A stretch of 64,000 nt of DNA, from NCBI GenBank assembly GCA_051313645.2, contig JBNRSN020000029.1:19840001-19904000 (forward strand), given 5' to 3'. Below the pieces are notes generated by a model, which was not told the DNA's origin, searched no databases, and saw only the letters and a list, made by a program, of their open reading frames with translations. The DNA comes from Centroscyllium fabricii (Eukaryota). The position numbers were made by a program, and so were the translations under genes. Each line of letters starts with the position of its first letter. Positions within the stretch are counted from its first letter, which is position 1. Positions 48,998 through 61,086 of this stretch are shown here, piece by piece.

Positions 48998-51417
48998 AGG
49001 AGGAGGAATTCCTAGAATGTATACGGGATGGTATCTGGACCAATATGTCGAGGAACCAACTCGGGATCAGGCCATCTTAGACTGGGTATTGTGCAACGAG
49101 AAGGGACTAATTAGCAATCTAGTTGTACGAGGCCCCTTGGGTCGGAGCGATCATAATATGATCGAATTCTCAGTTGAGATGGAAAGTGACAAGATCAACT
49201 CAGAGACTAAGGTCCTGAATTTAAATAAAGGGAATTATGAAGGTATGAGAAGGGAATTAAGCAAGATAGATTGGGCAGTGTTCCTGGGGGGATTGAATGT
49301 GGATAGACAATGGCAAGCATTCAAGTATAGGATGGAAGAAATACAGAACTCGTTCATACCGGTTTAGCATAAGAATAAACCTAGAAAGGTGACTCAACCG
49401 TGGATAACAAGGGAAATAAGGGACAACGTTAAATCCAAAAAATGGGCATATCAATTGGCCAAAAAAAGTACTAGGCCGGAAGATTGGGAGCAGTTCAGGA
49501 TACAGCAAAGGAAGACAAAGAGATTAATCAGGAGGGGGAAGATAGATTACGAATGTAAGCTGGCGGCAAAAATAAAAACTGACTGCAAAAACTGTTATAG
49601 GTACATCAAGAGGAAAAGATTGGTAAAATCCCAAGTCGGTCCCTTGCAGTCCGATTCAGGGGAATATATAATGGGGAATAAAGAAATGGCAGACCAACTA
49701 AATTCATATTTTGGTACTGTCTTCACAAAGGAGGACACAAGCAACCTCCCAGGGATAGCAGCGAACATAGGGTCTAATGCAAGGGAGGAGCTGACAGATA
49801 TCAGTATTTCTAGGGAGATGGTTTTGGGGAAGTTGAAGGGATTGAAGGCCGACAAATCCCCAGTGCCTGATAATCTACATCCTATGGTACTTAAAGAGGT
49901 AGCCCTGGAAATAGAGGGTGCTTTATGGATCATTTTCCAGAACTCGATAGACTCTGGATCAGTACCCACGGATTGGAGGGTGGCTAATGTTACCCCACTA
50001 TTTAAAAAGGGGGGCAGAGAGAAAGCAGGGAATTATAGACTAGTAAGCCTTACATCAGTAGTGGGCAAAATGCTCGAGTCCATTATCAAGGATGTAATCT
50101 CGGAGCATTTGACAATTAGGGATGAGATCGGACAGAGTCAACATGGATTTACAAAAGGTAAATCATGTTTAACTAATCTAATGGAATTCTTTGAGGAAGT
50201 AACTTGGAAAATAGATGGGGGAGAGCGAGTAGATGTGGTGTACCTTGACTTCCAGAAAGCCTTCGATAAGGTTCCACATAAAAGATTAACATGTAAAATT
50301 AAGGCTCATGGGATTGGGGGCAACGTTTTGATGTGGATAGAGAACTGGTTGGCAGACAGAAAACAGAGAGTTGGAATTAACGGCTCGTTTTCTGAGTGGC
50401 AGCCGGTGACTAGTGGAGTACCTCAGGGGTCTCTCCTGGGACCTCAGCTGTTTACAATATATATTAATGATCTGGATCAGGGAATTGAATGTAATATCTC
50501 CAAATTCGCGGATGACACCAAACTAGATGGGGGGGGCAGGCTCTGAAGAGGGTGTCAGGAAGTTACAGGGCGATTTGGATAAGTTGGGGGACTGGGCAGA
50601 TAGATGGAAGATGCACTATAATGTGGATAAATGTGAGGTTATCCACTTTGGGGGCAAAAACAGGAGGGTAGATTACTACTTAAATGGCAATAGATTGGGA
50701 GATGGGGAGGTGCAGAGAGACCTGGGTGTTCTTGTGCACCAGTCGCTGAAGGTGAGCACGCACGTGCAGCAGGCGGTTGGGAAGGCAAATGGTATGTTGG
50801 CCTTCATATCAAGTGGGTTCGAGTATAGGAATAAGGATACCTTACTGCAGCTGTACAAGGCATTGGTGAGACCACACCTCGAGTATTGTGTACAGTTCTG
50901 GTCGCCTCGCCTGAGGAAGGATGTTCTTGCCATGGAAGGAGTGCAGCGGCGTTTCACCAGGCTGATTCCTGGAATGGCAGGAATGACCTACGAAGAGAGA
51001 TTGTGTAGTCTGGGCTTGTACTCGTTGGAGTTTAGAAGATTGAGAGGCGATCTCATTGAGACGTATAAAATTCTGAAAGGTCTGGACAGGTTAGATTCAG
51101 AGATAATGTTTCCAATGGCGGGGGAGTCCAGAACCAGGGGCCACAGTCTAAGGATAAGGGGTAAACCTTTAAGGACAGACATGAGGAAGAATTTCTTCAC
51201 TCAGAGAGTGGTGGGCCTTTGGAATTCCCCAGTTCATTAAATATATTCAAGAGGGAATTGGATATATTTCTTCAAGCTAAAGGGATTAAAGGTTATGGAG
51301 AAAAGGCGGGGACGGGGTACTAGCTTGCTAAAGATCAGCCATGATCTCATTGAATGGCGGAGCAGGCTCGAAGGGCTGAATGGCCTACTCCTGCTCCTAT
51401 CTTCTATGATTCTATGA
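48998..51417 (+). mobile_element. 5'-truncated, relatively young CR1 inserted antisense into ERV pol
   Basis: ORF2 in three long frames (49017-49367, 49389-50546, 50527-51240); TSD TTGTCTG at 48991-48997 and 51418-51424; (TTCTATGA)n tail. Confidence 0.96.
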
Positions 51418-54136
51418 TTGTCTGCTGCTTGATTACCTTGCTGGTGTGACCACTCTGGGCTCCTCCGGTCGGTTTCTTATGGTGTGCTTTACTTTTAACT
51501 ATTGCTACTTGTTTTGGTGCTTTGCTTGCCTCTAGGAGTCTTTCGATTCTCTCCTGATGTTAAATAGTGTTTCCCACCGTGGTTATAAACCCTCATCTAT
51601 GCCACGTAGTCATGTAATCATGTACTACTCCAAAGGCATATCTACTATCAGCGTAGCTGTTTACTATCTTATATTCAGATTTCTCTAACGCCCTTATAAG
51701 GGCCTCCAGTTCGGCCACCTGGGCTGATAGCCCCCCTCGTCTATCCTTCCGGATTCTATGGTCTCTAACTGCTGATTAACTACAGCCCAGCCTTATGAGA
51801 TGCATTGCATACTTTCTTTATCAATTTATTAATGGTTTGGGCATGTGTTTCTAGCACTGTAGCTATATTTTACAAATGTTCAGTCAACGTTTGATCCTCA
51901 GATAATTTTTTTTTCCGTTTTTTCATTTGTCTTTGTAATACATTTTTTAATGCGAGACCAGAAGTCTTTAACCTTCTAATCCAGTGCCGGCAAATCTATA
52001 GTATTACCAACTGATGTACCCATATTGAAGGCATTTGCTGCGTCATTTATCACAGACCTTTTCCATATTTGTTTATTTCTTTACTGCGCCCACCCACGTT
52101 CCATTTTGCACCTTGTTTTAACATCTTGTTTAAGAGGTGTTGATATAATTGTTGCGTTTTCTTAAAAGTTCATTAAAGGCAGGGACACGAATGTTTCCAA
52201 AAGAAAGCTATCCATTTACTATTCTTAACTACACTTTACTAGCTTTCACGAGAAGATTTGAAAATTCCCATTCTGCAGTGTAACTCTCCTTTCTCTTTAA
52301 ACCCTCAATCACTTTCCTTTAATTACCATTCATTTCTCATTCAGGAATCCTGGAGAAACTTTACTGTCCAGTACAATATTTAAGATTGAAAACATAGATC
52401 AAACATTCTCACTTGTTCCAAGTTACTAACACTGTTTTATCAATAATTTAGAGGATCTTTCATTTTCTCAAAAGTCATCAAATATATAGTGCCCGAGTCC
52501 ATTTAGTTATTGGAAAATTATCCAAGAATCCAAACAGCAGTAGAGTTGAACTGACAGGTTTTGTCAATGTTCAGTTTCATTTCCATCAATTTATCAAACA
52601 TTTTCAATTTCAGAAACAAGTGATTCTCAGGCTAGGTAACTTGCACAGTCTTTTCACATATTATCTTAAAATTAAGAAACTTAAATTGAATGATGTCCAA
52701 TATCTTTTAAATGTCAGACTAAAGTTGTTGCTCGTTGAACTTAGACAGCTGTCTGTGGAAAGGGTTATCTTCTCTGCAGATTCTTAAGAAGATGGAGCTA
52801 AACATTCATGACACACTCAAGCGCATATCATCATGTGCACAAAAAAACCATTCCCAAACGAAAAAGGCAGTTATATTTTCACACTGTAACTAAACACAAA
52901 CAGAACAAATTATAATAATTCTTGCACCATACATTATGTCATATTTCTTACTGTCTTTTCTTCAGATGTCTTTCCAAAATACTGTAAAAACATAGAATAT
53001 GACTGGGACAAATTCGTTTTCACATTTAAGCAAATCAAATCGAACTGCTTTGAACGATTTCACCATTGCAACCGTGTCTTCCGTGTAGCTTAATCTTTTG
53101 TAAAACAAACTTTTGTTGTTCTTCTCAGTTTTAAAACACCAGTTTAGCTTAAACTAGTTCAAAGTGTTTTTTTTCTCTCTCTGGGCACGATCATACTTGC
53201 ACATTGTTAACACTTCCAAAATCGAAGACAAGACAAAAGAGTTAAATGCTTTTAACTCAAAGTGGGAGGAGCTAAAACAAACATAACATAATCATTCCTT
53301 TAAAGACAGACTGTTCAGACAAAACAAGACTAACTTCTTCAACATTCACATTTTAACACACATTTTCATACAAACTGACATTTCAGCATTTATTATTTTT
53401 TGAAGGCTCTTATCACTCAGCAAATCTTGTGCTTTATTTTAGCGGCACTGACATTCATAACTTGCATGTCGGTAAAACTTTATATTTATCTTTCGTTTCT
53501 CTTTTAGATCTGTAAGTCAGCAGATTTTTCCTGGCATTCCAAATCTCTGTTTTCAGATTGGATGACCTGCCAATTAAATATGTTTCCTTCTCTCTCTCTC
53601 TTTCCTGCATTTTATGCTTAACCACCTAGCTGTGTTTCTCTCTTAATCCGTTGTTTTAAGATCATAATGGTTCCCAACCATCTTTCAGCATGCTTTTCAT
53701 TAAATCTTTCCTCTCTGTCGTAAAAGCGTGTACCAGTGTCCCCGGAGGGCCTCTCTTAACTTCCTTATCTTCCATGGACTCTCCGCAAAATGTGTCTTCA
53801 CGAGACTCAGTCCTTCCCCGGTCCCTGACACGATAGGAGGATTTACAATATGCTCACGGCCACCTACTTCCAGTCTGAACCCCACACGAGTCACGTGTTT
53901 TCACCACCGGAGGTCGGCCTCTTGGTAGACTGGATCAGAGTCCTACCTCAACCGCTGCCAACGAGTCCCATATCTAGTAAGGGAAAGGATTACACCCCCT
54001 TCATGTACAGAGTAAGTAAAGTTTAATCACAGTGTTCGAGTCGTTCTCTAGTCCCAGTCCGGTTCCCTACAGATTTTGGGATACATTACTGATCGTTCAG
54101 AGCACCCCGTCGCGTGTTTCTTAGGATTTTCATGTA

Positions 54137-54154
54137 TCCTGCCCGACAAAGCCA
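54137..54154 (-). promoter_or_regulatory. ERV primer-binding site, tRNA-Ser-like
   Basis: TGGCTTTGTCGGGCAGGA lies 3 nt after the LTR end and resembles the complement of the tRNA-Ser 3' end (TGGCGTAGTCGGCAGGA), with mismatches. Confidence 0.65.
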
Positions 54155-54571
54155 AATTGTTACAGTTTTAATCGGAGCCTGGAAGGACCAAGCGTGAAGC
54201 AAGTTCGACGTATACCCGACTTAATTCATATAGTATAATAACTTCCACTCAGACACCGGATAGCAGAGAAGAACTGTTGTTTATTAATTAACAGAGCGCT
54301 GCGAGAAGAGGCTGAACACCTTACAGATGCTTTCACCAGGATTCTCAAAAACAGTTGCTGCAACCAGTTATTTTATACACAAATTATCCAATTACATTGT
54401 TACTATTAGTCACATGGCAATTAAGGAATATTACATAATTATCTATAACTTCCCACAATTAAGTCGATTAGTTCTGTCTTGCAAACATAGTTAAATCACA
54501 GGCTGTCAATTAGCTGGCCTTTGTACCAGTCTTGGATTTCCCCAACATGTCTGTCTAACGGTGGTGGCTTA

Positions 54572-54968
54572 CAGAAACATAGAAGATAGGAGCAGTAGTC
54601 AGCCATTCGGCTCTTCGAGCCTTCTCCGACATTCAATGAGATCCTGGCTGATCAACCAAATCCAGCACCCTGTCCCTGCCCTCTCCCCTTATCCCTCCAT
54701 CCCTATCAAGCCTGAACCGACAGACATCCAACCCTATCACTGCAACCCCACATATTCAATCCCCCGAACACTAAAGGTCAATTTATCATGGCCAATGAAC
54801 GTAACTCGCACATCTTTGGACTGTGGGAGGAAACCAGAGCACCCGGAGGAAACCCAGACAGACACGGGGAGAATGTGCAAACTCCACACAGATAGTACGC
54901 AAGGCTGGATTTGAACCCGGGTCTCCAGTGCTGTGAGGAAACAGTGCTAACCACAATGCCACCGTGCC
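54572..54968 (-). mobile_element. Full-length HE1-like V-SINE inside the ERV LTR
   Basis: Same head, V-domain and tail as 21328-21725. Confidence 0.92.
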
Positions 54969-55174
54969 GCCCCTATCTATCTGTAAGAACATTTATTTTC
55001 TCACAGAGCAGGCATTTAATGGGGTTGTTGACCTATAAGACAGAACATATGTTTTCTCTCACAGCAGGAGACAGTCACTTTAAAGTTCACTTTAAACGTA
55101 GAAAACAGTCTGCAGATCATGTGATGTTGGACTCCATTTTGTCTCCTTAGAATGTCCACTTTTGTACTCCTTCA

Positions 55175-56200
55175 AACCCCCTGTTGGTGCTTGGACATAT
55201 ACAAAGTCCCAAGCGTGTTAAGAGGGCTATAGCCTACACCCACGAGTGACCTTTTCCCTTTATTATTCCTTAACTCATCACAAACTGTTTCACTATCTTG
55301 ATCCTTTGATCCAAAATCATGTATCACTATTGCAGTGATTCCATCTTATATTAACATAGCTACACCACCTCCTTTCCTACCTGACTGTCCTTACGAAATG
55401 TCAAATACCCCTGGGTGTTTAGCTCCCAGTCATGGTCACCTTGCTGCCATGTTTCTGTAATGGCCACCAGAACATACACATGTGTAGTTATTTGTACCAT
55501 CAACTCATGTAGTATGTTACGAATGCTGCGTGCATTCAGATAAATAACTTTCAAATATGTATTGTGACAATTTATTACTGCTTTTACTCCTTTAATACTT
55601 TGCCTTTATCCTTATATATTTTGCCTCTTCCTGACACGCTCAAGTTTTTAATTCCTCCACTGCTACTTTGCTCAATTTCCTTCTTACCTGACATTTTTAT
55701 TGTTCGCTCACATGAAAGCCTCTCCACCACTAATTAGTTTAAAGCCCTCTTTAAAGCCGTAGTTATTTGGTTCGCCAATATTTTAGTCCCAGCACTGGTA
55801 AAGTGTAGTCCATTTCGACGGATCAGCTCTCTTTCACCCCAGCGCTGGTGCCAGTGTCCCAAGAAGTAAACCCCATTTCTCCCACACCAGTCCTTGAGCT
55901 TCGCATTTAACTCTCTGATTTTACTTATTCTAGACAGAGTTGCTTGTGTCTCTGGTAGTAATCCAGAGATTATTACTGTTGTGTTTCTGTGTTTTTTTTA
56001 TTTCGCCCCTAGCTGCTCATACTCTCTCAGCAAAATCTATTTCCTCATCCTATCTATGGCTTTGGAACCAACATGGACCACGACAACTGGATCCTCTCCT
56101 TTCCACTCCAAATTTCTCTCTAGCCCAGAGGACATGTCCTTAATCCTGGCACCGGGCAGGTAACACAGCCTTCGGAACTCTCGTTCTCGGCTGCAAAGTG
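55175..56200 (-). mobile_element. Degraded CR1, ORF1 esterase part and APE N-terminus
   Basis: KVIYLNARSIRN, VAITETW, ELRNNKGKRSLVGV motifs; ORF1 CLPGARIKD and PVVVVHVG on the minus strand. Confidence 0.85.
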
Positions 56201-56429
56201 CCCTATTTATCCGCTAATGATACCATCCGCTACCATAACAACATTTATTTTTACTCACTCCATTTGAATGTCCCCTCGTTTCTTGGTGCTGTGACCAGGT
56301 TGCTCATCCTCCCTGCAGTCCCTGTTCCTGTCAAGGTAATTCTCCCCTTCCCTGATGTGTTGCCATGTTTAAAGCTCAGACTCCAGCTCATCCAGAGGGA
56401 GCTGGAGTTCCTCGATCAAACAACTCACT

Positions 56430-56860
56430 CAGAGGGTGGTTATTCTATGGAATTCGCTGCCTCAGGGAGCTGTGGAAGCGGGAACATTCAATAAATTTAA
56501 AACGGAAATAGACTGGGTTTTTTAGCAGACAAGGGAATTAGGGGTTACGGGGAGCGGGCAGGGAAGTGGAACTGAGCTATTGATAGTATAGTAAGACCTG
56601 AGTGATCTCCTGGACAAGTTTCGATCGCCTAGATTGGGGTCGGAGAGGAATTTCCCGGATTTTTTTCCCAAATTGGACCTGTATTTTTATCCGGTTTTTC
56701 GTCTCTCCCAGGAGATCACATGATTTTTTGGGTGGGATGAAGGGTGATAGTGGGAAGAAGGTTAGGGTAGGATCAGCCATGATCTTATTGAATGGCGGAG
56801 CGGGCTCGAGGGGCCGGTTGGCCTACTCCTGCTCCTATTTCTTAAGTTATTATGTTCTTA
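56430..56860 (+). mobile_element. CR1 3' end whose 3' UTR carries an extra ~190-bp structured segment
   Basis: RVVILWNSLPQGAVEAG terminus and the standard GATCAGCCATGATC...CCTACTCCTGCTCC tail, separated by a segment not seen in the other CR1 tails in this window. Confidence 0.8.
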
Positions 56861-57259
56861 ACACTGCCTGCAAATGTGATCGCTGTGAACATCAATGTCA
56901 TCCACCAGCTGCCACATATTTCGGCAGAAACACATCGCCTGCTCTGTCATTCATTGTAATTTATTACATTTATTATAATTATTTTTAAATATCCTTTGTC
57001 ATGTTGCAGCCTCGAACTCCGAGCTGGGAACAAAGATTTCCGAATTGACCCGACCGACTGTAGCCAACGCACCAAAAGACTGCAACCAACTTAATTAAAC
57101 CACGCCCGCAGACATTTTCAAATCTAAGCGACGCCCACAAAAATAACCGTCAAATAGCAACAAAAAAAATATGCCCATAGAAACTTTCAAAACTAAAGCA
57201 CGCCCACAAAATCTCTCTGTATGTGTCCTTCTCTCGATTTGACTCTCTCCCTCTCCCTC

Positions 57260-57500
57260 GGTGTTGTGTCTCTCCCACTTTGGATCCCCTTCTGCCCTGA
57301 TTTAAACACCTCTCTCGCTCTGGGTCCGCTCTTGCTTTGATGTAAACACCTCTCCCGCTTTGGGCCCGCTCCTTTTTTGATTTGAATTCCCCTCTCGCTC
57401 TGACTGCGCTCCTGTTTGGATTTAAACTGCTTTCTCACTCTGGGTCCGCTCCTGCTCTGATGTAAACTCCTCTCCTGCTCTGGGTCCGCTCTTCCTCTAG
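57260..57500. repeat. 40-bp tandem repeat, ~6 copies (TGATTTAAACACCTCTCTCGCTCTGGGTCCGCTCTTGCTT); possibly the 5' UTR repeats of the minus-strand CR1
   Basis: Recurring GGGTCCGCTC at 40-bp spacing. Confidence 0.8.
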
Positions 57501-58660
57501 CAATAGTGCAATTCTGATATACACCTGGACTGTACCTGCGATAGCAGTGCAGTAATTCTGAAAATTACAGTGACTATACCTATGATATCAATATTGCAAT
57601 TCAGATTTTTTCGTAGTGACTGTAACTGTAAATCAGTTCTACAATTCGGAAGTTGATATACTGACAGCACCCATGATATCAGTGCTGTAACTCTGATGTT
57701 TAGACAATGCCGGTGCCTGTGATTTCATTGCTGCAATTCTGAAATTTACACTTTGAGTATACCTGTGATCGCATTGTTGCATTCAACTGTTTAAAATGAG
57801 TCTACCTGTAACAGCAGTGCCATACCTCTGATAATGGCATGGTGAATATACCTAACATATCTTTGCTCTAATTCCGATATTTATAAACTCAGACTGTACT
57901 TCTGATCAGTGATGTAATTCAGATATTTACACACTGCCTTTAGCTGCGATATCGGAGCTTTAATTCAGATATTCATATAGTGACCGTACCTGTGATATTT
58001 ATGCTGTAATTCCGATAATTAAACACTGATTGTATCTTTGATATCAGTGCTGCAGTTATAATATTTACTCATTGACTGTACCTGTGATACAAGTGCTGTT
58101 ATGCTGATGACGTGGCGGCATAGTGGGTATGTCATTAGACGAGTAAGCCAAGGATGAGTAAAATGCTCTGAGGATATGGGTTCAAATCCGACAATGGCAG
58201 CTGATAGAATTTAAATTCAATTCAATTTAATTATGGAATTAAAAGCTAGTCTTAGTAATGGCGACCATGATACCATTGACGATTGTTGCAAAAACCCATC
58301 TGGTTCACTAATGTCCTTTAGGGAAGGAAATCTGACGTCCTTACCTGGTCTGGCGTACATGTGACTCCAGACCCACAGAAATGTGGTTGATTCTTAATGC
58401 CGTCTGAAATGGCCTAGCAATCCACGCAGTTGTAAAAAACAGCTTCGAAAAACTCTGAGACAGCAACGATTCAAGAAGGCGGCTCATCACCATCTTCTCA
58501 AGGACAATTGGGGATGGGCAATGTATGCAGGCCTAGCCAAGCAGTAACGCACGCATCCCATCAATGAATAATATATATATACACAGAGGGAAGGTTCCAC
58601 TGATATCACTAATGTAATTCGGAAATCTTAACACTGACTTTATCTGTGAAATCAGCAAAA
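57501..58660. repeat. 46-bp satellite resumed, interrupted by a SINE
   Basis: Same GATATCAGTGCTGTAA..CTGAT unit in the same orientation as the main array. Confidence 0.9.
58110..58575 (+). mobile_element. tRNA-derived SINE of a second family, with an L2-like tail
   Basis: A-box-like GTGGCGGCATAGTGG, B box GGTTCAAATCC, tail shared with the LINE end at 21745-21937. Confidence 0.8.
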
Positions 58661-61086
58661 TAGTGGAGTGGGATTGGAGGATACAGGTTTGTGGGAAATA
58701 CAAAGTCAATGAGAAAGCAATAGCGCAGGCTAGAGACGGCCAAAACAATAACCGGAATTTGACAGGGCGGGACAGAAACTATAAATATAAGATTGTAACA
58801 GAAAAACAGGTAAAAAAAGGAAATATGTTGAAACGTTTAAGTTAAAATATCTAGATCTAAATGCACGCAGAATTCATTAAAAAGTTAAATGAGTTGATGG
58901 CACAAATAGATACAAATGGATATGATCCAATCGCCATTACAGAATCGTGGTTGCATGGCAAAAAGAGCAGGGAATGGAATATTCCAGGATATATGATAAT
59001 TCGGAAAGATAGAAAGAAAGGGAAGGGAAGTGGTGTGGCTTTGTTGGTAAACGATGGAATCAGTGCAGTGTTGAGAAGTGATATTGGTTGATAAGATCAA
59101 CATGTAGAATTGGCTTCGCTAGAGAAACAAAATAATGGTCTTTATTTTACACCGTGGGCCGAGGCCTGCGATCTGCAAAAGTCTGCGCCAGTCCCTGAGG
59201 TCTCCTGGGAAGTGCTCATTCCAATGCTGGGCCTCAGGAAACTCCAGTTGTGCATGGCCCTCGTATCTCAGGGTCGCATGCAGTTTGCAGTTTCCCTGGA
59301 TTCACGTGGCCCATGGGGAGCCAATCACAGTAGGGAATCTCCCTTCCAATATTTGAGAGGAAAACCTATCAAATATATCATAGAATCATAGAATCCCTTC
59401 AGTGCAGATAGAGGCCATTTCGGCCCATCGAGCTTGCACCGACATATATCCCACTCTATCCCCGTATATCAATGGAGTTCAATGAAATAACAATTAAAAC
59501 AATAAACATTTGGTTAATCACATTTTTAAAATGATTTTAAATTACAATGAATTAGGCATTTTAAAAAAACGTTACATTTTTTGATTAATTAAAGTAATTT
59601 ACGTGGTTAAAAACAAATTTTAAGTTTTGATCGGAATATCCGGCCCAAAGTATTTTTAAATGATAAATCAGAGCAATATAAATGGAACTTTTTTCTATGC
59701 TTACGCCTGCTTTTATCAGACATAATAATTGTAGGGATTTTCTGCGGCTGGAGGGTCTCCAAAAAGCGGCAATTTCCGCCAGCAGAGACCCCTCTCTCGA
59801 GCAGCCACAGGTTCTGTCAAGAGCATTCTTAACAGAGCGATCGAAAATGCTGGTTTTCAGCGCAGGCGCTGTGCATGCCTGAAACTGGTATTTCCAATCT
59901 CCCTATGGGTGTTTGCACAGCGTGTACCCACCCGCAGTGATCGGAATATCCGGCCCAAAGTAAGTGGAAAAAAACCTCTAATGGGTGTAGCCTACGAGCC
60001 TCCGAACAGTAGCAGTTATGTAGGAGAGAGTATAAAATAAAAAATTAAGGGGACTGTAAAACGTTACAGTAATAATCATGGGTCATTTGATCTCCATATT
60101 GATTGGACAAATCAAATTGACCACGTAAACCTGGAGGATGAATTCATAGCGTACATCTGGGATATATTCCCAGAAGAGTATGCAACGGAAGGAACCAGTG
60201 AGCAGGTTATCTTGACCCTGAAACTAACTGATGAGGTAGAATTAATAAATTATCTCACAGTAAAGGATCCTCTAGGAAAGAGAGATCATACCGTGGTTGA
60301 TTTTCATATTCAGTTGGAGGTTGAGAAAATTGTATCCCAGACCAGTGTGCTGATCTTAAACAAAGGCAATCTTAATGTCATGATGGCGGAACTGGCTAAA
60401 GTGGAGTTGAACGACTAATTAAATGGGATGAAAGTTGAAATGCTGTAGCGGACATTTGAGGAGAAATTTCATAACTCCCAACAAAAATATATTCCAGTGA
60501 GAAAGAAAGATTTTAAGAGAAGGAATTTTAACCATTTGTGGTTAACGAAGGAAGTAAACGAAAATATCAAATGAAAAAAAGAGCAAACGATGACAACAAA
60601 TGAATAGGGAGAAGAAAAATTATGAGAGTACGGAGCAAGAAATATTAAGACAGACAGTAAGAAATTCTACGTGTATATAAAACGTATGAGGTGATTTAAG
60701 TAAACATTGTTTCCTCACATTAGAAGACTGAGGAATTAATCATGTGGAACGATGAAATGGCAGATACACTGAACAAAGATTTTGCTTCTGTTTTGACATT
60801 AGCTGACAATAACAACATCCCATTAATGGATAATCAATAAACCATAATGATAGCGGAACGGAAGACAACCCGTATCACTAAGGAAATAGTACTCAGTAAA
60901 ATAATGGGACTAAAATAAGCCACGCCTGCTGGAGCAGGTGGCCTACATCCGATGGTCCTAATTGTAGTGGCTGCAGGGATAGTGGATGCATTGTCTGCAA
61001 TATCCCAACTACCCTGGACACTGGGGAGGTCCCAGCGGATTGGAAAACCACTAAAGTAACATATCTGTTTAAGAAACGTGGGAGAC
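58660..61086 (+). mobile_element. Old degraded CR1 (APE and linker), interrupted by a MITE-like element and by the Gypsy LTR
   Basis: IAITESWL, RKDRKKGKGSGVALLV, VKDPLGKRDH; breaks at ..FKKRGR just before the LTR. Confidence 0.85.
59136..59956 (+). mobile_element. Diverged relative of MITE-like family A, with a SINE-tail fragment at ~59387-59467
   Basis: Splits a CR1 motif. Shares CACGTG..AGCCAATCAC, an ATATTTGA.AGG/CCT.TCAAATAT hairpin, an AT-rich centre and the end GGAATATCCGGCCC. Confidence 0.6.

Larger units (their letters stand above)
46598..55174 (-). mobile_element. Defective class I (gamma/epsilon-like) endogenous retrovirus: LTR ~54158-55174 (SINE-interrupted), PBS, long AT-rich leader/gag remnant, RNase H ~51425-51795, integrase ~47800-48997, env-like fragment ~46600-47420
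   Basis: SAQVAELEALIRAL, YADSRYAFGVVHD, VKVKAH (RNase H); CQKCLTC, QIDFTGPLP, HIPYHPQSLGMVE (integrase); Cys-rich downstream frame; LTR TGAAGG...GTAACA with TATAAAA (~54372) and AATAAA (~54280). Confidence 0.85.

Noticed and set aside
48504-49043. 179-aa ORF as a single protein
   Set aside because: It is chimeric: the first residues are antisense CR1 and the rest is ERV RNase H end/integrase.
55175-55217. Apparent polypurine tract (AACAGGGGGTT) before the ERV LTR, suggesting a tandem provirus
   Set aside because: The stretch continues the CR1 APE sequence after the RPPN-like motif and resembles the same region of the CR1 at ~60000-60060, so it is host target DNA.
58110-58200. tRNA genes at SINE heads (also ~10550-10605, 21650-21725, 54900-54968)
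   Set aside because: A/B boxes only; no full cloverleaf, and each continues into a SINE body and tail.
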